From Selaginella moellendorffii (Eukaryota; Plantae; Lycopodiophyta): 64,000 nucleotides of DNA. Made by a program: the position numbers and the translations under genes. Under the pieces are notes generated by a model. The model searched no databases, was not told the origin of the DNA, and saw only the letters and a program-made list of their open reading frames with translations. This document shows, piece by piece, positions 23,640 to 34,364 of this stretch. Each line of letters starts with the position of its first letter. Position 1 is the first letter of the stretch. The stretch covers positions 341,334-405,333 of the forward strand of contig NW_003314392.1 of NCBI RefSeq assembly GCF_000143415.4, given 5' to 3'.

Positions 23640-26600
23640 TGTGATGTGTCAGGACTCGCAGCAGCCGGTGGCTTTCTGCCGAAGTTGTGCTGACGTGTCA
23701 GGAACGAAATTGGAGACGAAAAGTCTAAGGGTTGCCTTGGCAAAGCAAACCCTGAGTTGGGTTGGCACCGATTTCAGGAAAGTCCCGCTGACGTGTCAGG
23801 AGTCCCAGGACTCCTGCACAGCCTCCACTCCCGGGAAAAAATGTGGAAGCCCGGATCGTGTGGACCGCAGAAGAGGGGGGGGGGGGGGGTGGGGGGGGTG
23901 TGTGTGTGTGTGTGTGTGTGGTGGAGGAGGAGGAGAATTCCTTCTGAGTCGGAGAAGGAGTTAACGTCCACCCAACTGTCGGAGATGGGAGTGGAGTTGG
24001 AGATGCTTGTGAGGTTTCTCCAGCTGCTGGTCCTGCTCAGGAAGTTGCTGCCGAGCACGCTGAGGAAATCAGCTCCGGAAATAAAACCTCTGTAGGAGCG
24101 AAAGACTGGCGGAGCCGGGCAAGTCATGAGGAGTGACTCCGGCTGAGATAATTAGAGCTCCATAGGAGCGAAAGACTGGGAGTCAGGCAAGCCATGAGAA
24201 GTGGCTCTGGCAAGTGAATGCTTGGTCGCCGAGAGGCGGCCAAGGTGTCGGTGTAGCTTTTGGCAAATCTACGCCGTGAATCTGGGCGAAGTGTGTGGGA
24301 ACTCTTGGTTCTCGGCTGTTGGCTCTAGCCATTAGGTGGATATAGCAACTAAGTGGTCAGATGCGCTGAGACTGGACGCCCGATACAAACCTTGTCGGGT
24401 AAGGTTCCTACTTCGAACTCGCTAGGTGGGGAGTTAATTCTGGTTGCTCAAGGTTGGGAGGTGCTGGAGCCTAAGGCCTTTGGTGGGGTGATTCCTCCAT
24501 GATTTCCGCCAAAGGTCAGCACCGCGGTTAAACTGAGCTCATTCTCGTCCCAAGTATCCGAAGTTCAGGGAGTGTCTAATTTCAGCTGACTGAATGAGGC
24601 ACCCATGGGCAACACCCCTTGGATCTGAACTCAGGATGGCGAAACTATGCCCGGGTACGGACACCTGACTGAGGATTTAGGCCTTGGGTGCACAAGGCTG
24701 GGGATTTACCTGGATCGTCCAAAGGGAAGCTGGAGCTCGGAGTCGCAACCGGCCCAAGGCTGCCAGAGCGGGCAGCTGTAATAAGGGTTACCAGATCTGG
24801 CACACGAGACACAGCTGGTATCAATGGGCCTCGTGGTGTCGGAGATGGTGCCCGCAATGCATCTGGTATCCGAGAAGGATACCCGTGTCACACGTAGTAT
24901 CAGAGATAAGTTGGCGGCCCGATTTCCATGATACGTAGTATCGAAGACAAGGAATTTTTTTTTTTCTTTAGTTCTTTTGAGCTGGGAAATGGGGCCCCAA
25001 CTCAAAAAATTATGCTGTGTGTTGCGGCTGTGAGCTATATGGAAATCCAGGTTCCTTGCTGGCTGCAAGTTGTTGTAAGCTGAGCAGTGGGAATACTTAT
25101 CTGTGGAGTGAGTTTTCGAAGAGTTTTTCTTCCAGAATAGCTGGAGAACTAGTTGCTGAAATCTTTGTCAGAGTAAGAACTAGTACTACCATAGGGAGAG
25201 CTCGGAGATCCAAAGAGAAGGCACGTAAAGGCGCTGGGAGAACCAGATGACCGTAAGTGTCTGAGCTCCACAATGCACAAATTGTGGAAGCGTGAAAATG
25301 CAGGCATAATCGGTAAGGCTCGAAAAGTGTGGGTGGAGTGCAACCACCCCATGTTTGGTAAGAACTTGTCTCTATGGATGGCGTGGATATTGAGTTGTCC
25401 GAGTTCTTCGGATAACAAGGACCAGTGACTTGTGAGGGTAACTAACTAGCCGTACGCTAGTGAAAATGCAAGTCACTGGGGCAGCTGAAACTCTGCTGGG
25501 TGGTTTTCACCAGAGAGTGTATAGTCACTTGGAGAGGGCCAAGTGAAAAAGTAATTGGACTTAAGAGAAATAGCGGGGACGAAGTTCTCCTCGGAAATTA
25601 CTAGCTGTTATCCATACCTGCGGAGAGTGAAAAGTACCAAAGACAAGAGTGCTTCTTGAGTGGGAGGTCTTGGACCTCCTAGGCAAGTTGTGAATGGCTG
25701 ATGGGAACAGCACTTGCAAAGACATGCGAGAGCATGTTGAACCGGAGAAGCCAAGTAAGGACCTTGAAGAGGAGCTCAGGTTGTGAGCGCGCCTCTTGAG
25801 TCCCTGAAAGATTAAGTTTGTGGGTGACACACTCGGCGGAAGCCTTGTGGTCACCACTAGAGCTGGTTATGTTTCGGGTAGCAGTTACCGCATGGGGTAA
25901 GATTTCCCCACTCGCAGGACGACGAGGTGGAACTGGCTAATCTCGGAAGTCTACAACCATAAGATACGTGGAGACATCTGCTGAGTATTGGCAAAGGGCT
26001 TATCAGAGCTCAAGGCAGTACTGGGATAATTTACCAGAGATAGAGTGGCTGGAGCAGGGGTTATGTATCCTGCTCGCCGTGGTTATCGTAGGCTTGGGTG
26101 TCTGTAAAGAGCTGGACAGACTGGAATTGATCGATAAGATGAGGTTATCTGAGTGCAGATGACTGAGTTGATACTTGGTGGGAAACGGGATTATGGTCAT
26201 GGACATGGTGGCTTAGAGAACTAGCTGGGGCTAGAGGCCTTAGGGTGGCGACCCTATGAGCCGAGTTACCTGAATGACTTTCCCTTAGTACTGGTAAGCA
26301 TGGTAATTCCAAGTTACCGTTCTGATCTGCTGGGATCAGAGGGCTAAGTTAGATAGAGGGAGCGATAGCTTGTATTTGATAGCTCTGTCGGACGCTTAGC
26401 CGGTTTACTCAGGTGTCGATCGGTGGATGGACCCAGGATGAGGTTAGTGCTCGCTCTCTCGATAGCTCAGCTGGACAAGCGGATAATCCTTATCCAACCT
26501 TTTTCAGGTCTTTTTGTCCAGCCCTCTTACTCGATGTGATGATGGCCCTTGACTGGGTGAATCCAGCAGTGAGGCTAGATCATTTGAACTTGCGATTTCT

Positions 26601-26930
26601 GCAAAAAGCCGCCAGCTGCCGCGAGTCCTGACACGTCAGCATTTCGGACAATGATGAATTTAACCAAACAGAGTTTGACCCAATTCAGGGTTCAGAGACT
26701 CCTGCCACGTCAGCATCTCTCGCGATTGGGGGAGACATGTCCAGCTTGCGGACCAAGCAAGTGAGTAAATAATAAAGACGCTGGTCAAGTAAAGGCAGCT
26801 GGGGGGATGGGGAATTAGTGGGGAACTGCCATAGGTTTGCACACAGACGTGCAATTATAGGGAAACGTGGTGTGTGTTACGTATATGTGTCTAGTTGGTC
26901 TGACTGGATCAGGTGGCAGCAGTAGCTGTG
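23640..26930 (+). mobile_element. LTR retroelement remnant: 5' LTR 23640-24892 (TGTGA...TCACA), PBS 24895-24905, non-coding or decayed internal region
   Basis: Inverted terminal pentamers; tagtatcagag (degenerate tRNA-Met PBS) follows the LTR; homologous to the split LTR at 8505-15849. No 3' LTR was found, so the right end is approximate. Confidence 0.7.
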
Positions 26931-26939
26931 ACATCACCT

Positions 26940-27365
26940 CAAACTCCCTGGACTCCTGCCACTTGGTGGTGGGAGTCTCGGGAGTTCTCGGACTCCGGTA
27001 GTCCGTGCACTCCTGGGACTCCGGGAGTTCTCAGACTCCCGGGACTCCTGGAGTTCTCGGACTCTGGGAAGTCCGAGAAGTTCTCGGACTCCCGAGAGTC
27101 CCAGGAGTTCTCTCCAGGAGTGCTTGGACTCTCCTGGGAGTCCGGGGGTTCTGGGAGTTCTTGGACTCCCGGGAGTGCTCGGACTCTCCTGGGAGTCCGG
27201 GGGTTCCGGGAGTTCTCGGACTCCCTAGAGTACTCGGACTCTGGGTAGTCCGGGAGTTCTTGGATTCCGAGGAGTCCGGGAGTGCTCGGACTCTCTTGGG
27301 AGTCCGGGAGTTCTCGGACTCCGAGGTGTTTGGGAGTGCTTGGACTCCCGGGAGCCCGGGGAGTG
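26940..27365. repeat. GC-rich minisatellite of GGACTCCC / GGGAGTCC / GGAGTTCTC units
   Basis: Directly visible; it generates spurious repetitive ORFs on both strands. Confidence 0.85.
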
Positions 27366-27499
27366 GTGGGAGGCCATGCTAGATTTCCTGGCTGTTTTCC
27401 ACGTACTTCTGGGGTGGGAGTGGTGGTGGGCCCCACACACCTCTGGAAGTTTGGGGGTGTATGTGCAAAGGTGGGCCACACAAAAGAAGGGTGGCTTTT

Positions 27500-27690
27500 T
27501 AAAAAATGGACGGTCCAGATTAAATCAATATTCTTGAACGGCCGAGATCCCTCCATAAATCAACGGACAGGAATGCGTCTTTATAAAAAATGGACGGTCG
27601 AGAGTAAATTAATATTCTTGAACGGTCCAGATCCCTCCATAAATCAACGCTCCATAAATCAATGACCAGGATCTCTCCATAAATGAACGG
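27500..27690 (+). repeat. Tandem repeat aaaaaatggacggtc..aatattcttgaacgg..agatccctccataaatcaac (2 full copies plus partials)
   Basis: Copies start at about 27501 and 27585. Resembles DNA-transposon subterminal repeats. Confidence 0.7.
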
Positions 27691-27746
27691 CTAGGAGCAT
27701 TCAAGAAGAGCGAGAAGCATTTCAAATACTTTAGCAAGTTTGATCT

Positions 27747-28039
27747 ATGGCAGCCATGCTTGTTTTGTTCATGACCATGGTCGCAGCAGCAGCGCTATGG
27801 AAAATATCTCTTCAAGACCAGGAATCCACAAAAACTTCAAGAGTGCCAGATGACCAATTCGCCTATGTCCTGTGCCTCATCGTGATCAGCCCCCTTGAAG
27901 GTTTGGATTCCGGAAGTGGGAAGCACGCGGCGTATGTTATGTGGCACGATCGACGTGGTGAGGATGGGCATCACAAACATCCCAGACAGCATTTCCGAGT
28001 TGCGAGAGTAGAATCCAGGATCTCAAGCATCTGGTGCTG
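27747..28039 (+). pseudogene. 5' part of an mpaB-like oxygenase paralog
   Basis: MAAMLVLFMTMVAAAALWK..., PDDQFAYVLCLIVISP, AAYVMWHD and nucleotide matches (gtgaggatgggcatcacaaacatcccagacagcatttccgag; caggatctcaagcatctggtgctg) to the intact gene at 51190-52233, with deletions. Confidence 0.88.
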
Positions 28040-29559
28040 TCTGAAAAAGTTGTGGCATGAAGAAAGTAGCTGCTTTTTGGAGATATTCCTGTCAGATGTA
28101 ATAAAAAAGAGAGTGAGTTTCTTGGACAACTGCAAACCGAAGTTAGAAATACCAGATTGCACCGTAGCCATCCATGTCACATCCAAGAACAAGGTGAGGT
28201 GCTTGAGGAACGATTTCTAGCTTTAAAATGCTCCAGAAAGTCTTGGGGTTATATCTTGCAGGAGGGAGATCTGCTTCATACAAAGAATGCCTGAATAGGA
28301 CGTGATTAATGCAAGGGAATACAAACGTGAAAAACGACTACCTCCAAGACGGATCCATGCGCCATTCTTTGATACAACCTTCATCTCCAGCAGCGACTAA
28401 AGAAAGAGCTCCTGTTATCAAAAGGCATCTCATTGCGGCAGTCGCAAAATGTTCGGCCTTCGGATCACGTTCGGCATTTGGAAGTAGCAGAGATATCATG
28501 CTGGCAAACAAGTCCGAGTTGTTTTGATTTTCTTCTGCGTTGGATCCCAGCAATGACTGCTGACTGGTGCCGATTGTTACTGGTAAAAGAAAAACATGAG
28601 ATTCTCACTTCATGAGGAAGCTATTTGTACTTACGCTCTAGATTTGGTGAATTATGTTCTTCCTCTCACGTGAAGTACCTCCAGAGTATCGGCCACAATC
28701 TTAGACTCCAGCTCCTCATGTGATGTTCCTCCAGAGTATCGGGCACAATCTTCGGTTCCAGCTCTGGTTCCGAATCCGAGACATAAACATTTTCTAGACC
28801 TACTATGTCCATAAAAGTTTGTCAAAAGAAGCAAAATCGAATAAAAAACTTACAAGAATCTTCTGCACTGTGACGCTCTTGCGAGTTCCTGTCTGTTTTC
28901 TGTCGTTGAGACGACCTCACACCCTTGTCTCCTGGCCGCAGAGATAACGCTTGCTTCTTATTTCCTTCCCGAATCACTGAAGAACGAAACAAGTCTGGAG
29001 AACGAGCGCTGGGCGAACTTTGCACATTGACTTCTGTCTCATCTTTTTTCGATGAAGCAGAAACTAGTTCACGTAGGAGATACTGCACAACAGGATCCGC
29101 AAGGCCAACCATCTGCCCAGATAGAACTTTTTTTTTTTGCCGCGGAGACAACGACAAGAAAAGAACAATTGCCTCCTCGCCATTGACTCCAAGAGAACGA
29201 GTTCCTGGATGCTGAATTTTCATCATCGCTTCCCACCCGTGCTTTCAATCTCCCCGCAGCGTACCTTGAAAGTTTCCATCAAGAAACGCGCAAGAAAAAC
29301 CGAAAAGAAAAAAACTCACCGCAAACAAAGGCCCCAGCTTATCCTCTCGGATTGCCATCGCGTATGCCTCGCCTCCCTTCCTCGCAGAGCTCTGCATCCC
29401 ACAGGAAAAGGGTACATTCTTCCCAAAATCAACAAAACAGCAGCTACATTCCAGAGAAAACCGTCACCCGAGAGCTACCTCTTCTCCCACGGGCCATGGA
29501 AAAGCGATCCAAGGGCCTCGATCTCCACCGCAGCCTAGAACCCTAACCCCGACCACAAA

Positions 29560-29990
29560 AATTCCCGCACGTTGGCGATGAGCACGTAAGTCGCAGCGTC
29601 GCCGGGATCCAACCCGGTCCGCGCGGATCACCTCCTCGTGTGCGTCACCCATGGGGCTCCAGCGGCATACTGCGGAGCAGCGCCTCCCCACACCGCCCGA
29701 GCAGCTCCACCACAAACCGGTAGTGCTCGCGGCTCAGCCACCCCGCGTAGAACATCCCCCGCTCGAGCAGTGGAGCTCCATTCGGGGAGATCCCCTCCAA
29801 CCACCGCATTCTAGATCCCTCTCGCGGTTCTTCTCGAACAGCATCCAGGCTCCCACACTTGGCGTGCAAGCTCGCGAGTGCGGACTCACCGCTGGAGTGG
29901 CGATTCCTAGCTCGGGTGTGGCCTTCCTCAAAATCCGCGAGAGCCGACAGTGCTGCGAGGGTCTGGGCGAGAGTTCATCTAGTGATGGCA
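29560..29990 (-). pseudogene. PPR (PLS/E-class) gene fragment
   Basis: MHAKCGSLDAVR and REHYRFVVELLGRCGEALLRSMPLEP; frameshifted. Confidence 0.7.
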
Positions 29991-30439
29991 TCTTTGGTTT
30001 TGAATTTTTCTCTCTTTATATACTGAATTTTATGGTGGAAGGCAACACAATAAACATTTTTCTGGAAGTTCAACAAAACTTTATCAACCCTCTTGCTTTT
30101 TTTTTTTTTTTTTTTAATTCTTTGTATACTGCACAGACTTCTTTAGTATTGTTGTTAATTATTCTAGAAAATTTGAAAGAAAACGATATGGTTACTAAAT
30201 TGTTTGCTTTCAAGCCCTAGGGAAGTCCTTTACCCTAACATGCCTTAATATACCCTTGAGCCTTCCTTTAACCGACGTTGACCATGTAGTCAAAGCTGGC
30301 GCCTTTCACAACTATCCCATTAAAATTTTTTTCATGATCAAGTCCCTACCGATGCCAGAAAATTTCTCTTTACTCCACAATGCCTCCTCTTATGTGGCAT
30401 TGCTATTAAGATCTCCCCACTACCACAATGCTTGACTGT

Positions 30440-31205
30440 CTAGGGATGTGCAAGCACAGCATCTAGACTCACCCTCTTGCTCTGCTCCACAACTAGCATT
30501 CCCTGGATGAGATCCTTTGCTTCACATGACGCAAAACCAATCAGGAATGCTCTGGCTCTCAGAAAATCAAATTCGACTCTCGATTGATACCCTCTCAGCA
30601 GCTCATAAGCAATGACTCCCAGCCCCCACACATCCATGGCTGCCGTGTAGCTTGCTCCATCACTCTTCACCGCTACCACCTCGGGTGCCATGTACTTCGC
30701 TGTTCCACAATACTGCTGCATATCCCATTGTTTGTCTGTGGCCATGCCAAAATCTCCAATCATCACTTCGTCCACTGCACTAGCGTTGAGCCTCTCAAAG
30801 ATGTTGTAAGGTTTGAGGTCGCTATGGACGACCCCTCTTGAGTGCATCTCACTTGAGTGTCTTTGCTAGTGACTTAATAGTCTTAACTACTTCTTCCTCA
30901 ATCAATGCCCCACCTTGGATCAATCACTCTGCCAAGCTAGGGCCACAAAGTTCCATAACAATGGTCCCATAGCACCCTGGCCTCTCTCTCCCTCACGAAA
31001 TCCTCAAAGGCAACGACTCCAGGGCAGACACAAAAGCTTGGACATGAGCCAAGCTTCGTTCTCGGCATTCCACATCGATTTCACTAATTTCCCTGCATAC
31101 TTCATGCCAGCCCTGCAATGAGAACTTAACAAATAGACCTGCCCTTTGCCGCCAGATCCCAGCTTCTCACCCCACCTGTACAGCTTGAGGAGCTCACCAC
31201 AGTCT
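30440..31205 (-). pseudogene. Intronless Ser/Thr protein kinase pseudogene
   Basis: EKLGSGGKGQVY, KYAGK, IVMELCGPSL, MHSRGVVHSDLKPYN, IGDFG, YCGTAKYMAPE, DVWGLGV, AKDLIQGML and LAHP. Frameshifts lie between the N- and C-lobes; catalytic-loop HRD is HSD. Confidence 0.85.
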
Positions 31206-32479
31206 CGCCAATTTTTTGACCTAGCTTCTCGCTAACGGGTACAAATCGACGGCTGGAATCGCGTTTGATCGACGGTGACGATCTTGTGAAAGACTAGCCT
31301 GAATTTATTTCAGGATATTCGTTATTTGAATCTGGATAGCCATGCTTCTCTACAAAATTGTATTACACGCTCTGATGTGCCCTGCTGAATCAATCGCCCT
31401 CAAAGCACCACCAGCACGATCAGAGCGTTCACAAGGGACCAGCAGGATCAGAGAGTTCACCATGTCTCCAATCGAAGGCCTGTAGCTTGGCTCCAACTAG
31501 ACGCATAGAACAGCAACAGCAGCGACCTACACACGGATCTTGCATTAAAATCATCAAGTCAGCCAGCACTGGCAACAAACAAACCAAAACCGAAAGAAGA
31601 AGAAGAGGAAGAGGAAGGGCACTTACTTGGAAGAGTTGCTTCATGCTCAAGAGGACGCCACAACTGAGCGACTGCACCAGGTTACCCTCATTGTTGCGAT
31701 CAAGGATACTGTCAACTTGTCAATGATGGTATGCAAACGATACGAGCCCAGCAGCAACGACAAAATATTTGAAGAGCGTCCACCACGAATAACCCGCTTT
31801 TCTGCCTTCCAAGCAGCCTTGCAATCCCTGGAGCACACACATTCTCACGTTTAACTTGTCAAGGAAATCAAAGCTTCTTGCAAGAGCAAACCTTGACACC
31901 GTCACGAAGAACACCGATGATAATCGCAGCCGAGCACTGCAGCACCCTGAGTTCCCGGTTGTTTGTCTCAGTCAATTCGGCGTTCTCATCTCTGGTATCC
32001 ACCAGCATCGCCACTCCTCTGGTCTCCTCTTCGTTGGTTGTGGGTGACATCCTGCCGATGTCACTTCGTGGTCGGACAGCGTTCCTTATTGGTGGTGGAG
32101 GTTCCTCTTGACGCTGTGCAGACACCAGGGCTCTGGTGCTGCTAGTGGTGCTGGTTTTGCTGTGATTCTTGGCGTTTTGTTCCTTGTTTGTCGTCTCTGT
32201 GCCTCTGCCTGGTGTCTGCTCTGCCATCTTTCCCGTTTTCTGCTGCAGCGGTCCCTTGCTGTTCCAAACTCGAGGGCCTTGCGAATTCCTTTGCCTTCAA
32301 ACTAACGGAAGGAAATCCCCACCTAGCTTTCCTGTCTTCGTGCTTCACTTGTTTCGTGCCATCTGGAGTCAAGAGCTTGGAGCGCCCGGCAGTGGCTCCT
32401 CACACTGAGCTCTTGCCTTCGTCGTGAAAAACACATGCCAGTAAATTCCGCGGCCAACAAGAAAGAAACAAAGAGTTAC

Positions 32480-33035
32480 CTGGCTTTCTGGAGGAGTTCC
32501 CAATCCACTGGTCCTGTAGTCATGTTGAAAGCTCCTGGATAGCAGATCATCACCAACATGAATTTTAATACTCAGCAGCTACATGTCGTGCTGCGTAAGT
32601 CATTGCCATCTAGCAAATACGAACACTGATTCGTCCAACATCTGTGTCAGTGAGCAATGTGAGTTATTTTGCTTGTCGTAATGCCTGCAGGACCTTACCC
32701 GAATCAACAACAGTATACTTATGTCCAGGCGCCAGTGTCCGATTCTTTGAACTGTATCTTTCCTAGTATATCGATGTCAAAAAAGTGAACCTGGTGTGAA
32801 AGAGGGCTGAGAAAAAACCATAGACGACACATCAGAAAAGCAAACCTTCCTATGTTTACCTTTTAGACAGCCATCTTTTCTATAGATGCAGCAAGTATTG
32901 TAGAGATGTCGTTCTGGTATGGAGCCACAGATGATGGCAACCTCCTTACTCTTTGCCATGTCCGAAAGCATTTTGGAAGAGGGCTACATAGATTGGAAAG
33001 CTTACGTTTGAGTATGGAAAATTCCCCATTTCCTG
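32480..33035 (-). pseudogene. Omega-amidase (nitrilase family, NIT2-like) internal fragment with introns
   Basis: EMGNFPYSNVSFPIY, MLSDMAKSKEVAIICGSIPE, LYNTCCI..KHRK, LFDIDILGKIQFKES, DVGRISVRIC* and [23 protein letters not shown]; contains deletions and a stop. Confidence 0.85.
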
Positions 33036-33406
33036 TAACACATTCCCCTTATGACTGAACAAACAACCATACTTACTGGAAAATACATTTGATTTGTAAA
33101 AACCATATTTGCAAACGGGCATTCGCATACAGGTTTGCGTTCCATTTGCAGAGGGTTGCCAAGTTAAATGAATATTACAAGTTAAACCAGAATCTTTTAC
33201 AATCTTTTATGTTTCTTTCTGTGGGTGGGAGGCAATTGTTGGTGCAATGGCTTGCTGAGCCACCTCTTCTGATCGTCTAGGGAAAAGACGAAACCCCTTG
33301 GAAGGCAGTTGGCATGAAGTATGCAGGGAAATTAGTGAAATCGATGTGGAATGCCGAGAACGAAGCTTGGCTCATGTCCAAGCTTTTGTGTCTGCCCTGG
33401 AGTCGT

Positions 33407-34255
33407 CGACAAGCAGTTGGATGTCTTATTTATCTAGCCATCAGTACCAGACCAGACTTGGGATTTGCAGTTGGAGCAGTCTCAAGATTTCTTGAGAATC
33501 CAGGAGAAGTTCATTGGAGCGCTGTTAAACGAATTTTCAGGTATTTGCGAGGAACAGCAGGATATCGACTGAGCTACAGCAGCAGTAGCAGCGTGTCTAG
33601 CAGCAGTGGGAGCTCCAGGAGTATGCAACTTGTCCGCTTTACAGACTCAGATTTGGCTGGCGACAAGGATACAAGAAGATCAACTTCAGGATATCTTTTC
33701 TTCCTGGAAGGTGGACTTGTCAGCTGGAGCAGCAAGCGACAAGCAATCACAGCACTTTCATCCACCGAGGCTGAATATATTGGTGCAACAACAGCAGCTC
33801 AAGAAGCGAGGTGGCTTGCAGATTTTCTGGAGCAGATTGGTGTTCCAGTGCAGCAGCCAGTGACTTTGTTTTGTGACAATCGAAGCGCGATCGAGTTGTT
33901 GAAAAATCCGAAGTTCCATGGCCACACCAAACACTTCGAGATAAAGGTACATTTTATTCAAGAGCAGGTTCTAGCGAACAGAGTGCAGCTGAGCTATGTT
34001 TCGACGAAGCAGATGACAGCAGACATTATGACAAAAGCTTTGAGCAAAGACAAGTTTCAACAACGTATGAGCGTTATAGACTATCACGGCTGAGTGGGAG
34101 TGTAGATAACCAGCCTGGAGTCTAATCCAAGGTGGCAAGAGATTTATGTGGATGCTGAAATGAGCGGACACAAGACTTGTATATATTTACATGGAGAAAA
34201 TGAAAAAGTAGTACGTTAGGGGAAACAGAGTATGTCGTTTAACTAGAAAACTATC
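33407..34255 (+). mobile_element. Ty1/copia RT-end and RNase H fragment with PPT and the start of the 3' LTR
   Basis: AVGCLIYLAISTRPDLGFAV, HWSAVKRIFRYLRGT, FTDSDLAGDKDTRRSTSGY, WSSKRQ..ALSSTEAEY, CDNRSAI, HTKH and ADIMTKAL; the stop is followed by gagtgggag|tgtag. Confidence 0.92.
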
Positions 34256-34364
34256 ATCTTTTACAATCTTTTACGTTTCTTTCTGTGGGTGGGAGGCAGT
34301 TGTTGGTGCAATGGCCTGCTGAGCCACCTCTTCTGATCGTCTAGGGAAAAGACAAAACCCCTTG

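Noticed and set aside
26913-27665. Several repetitive ORFs on both strands
   Set aside because: By-products of the GC-rich minisatellite.
28050-29540. Spliced gene-like segment on the minus strand
   Set aside because: Splice signals are visible but no family motif or consistent frame was found; treated only as an unidentified fragment.
31300-32430. Overlapping short ORFs and exon-like pieces
   Set aside because: No recognisable domain, so no product can be supported.
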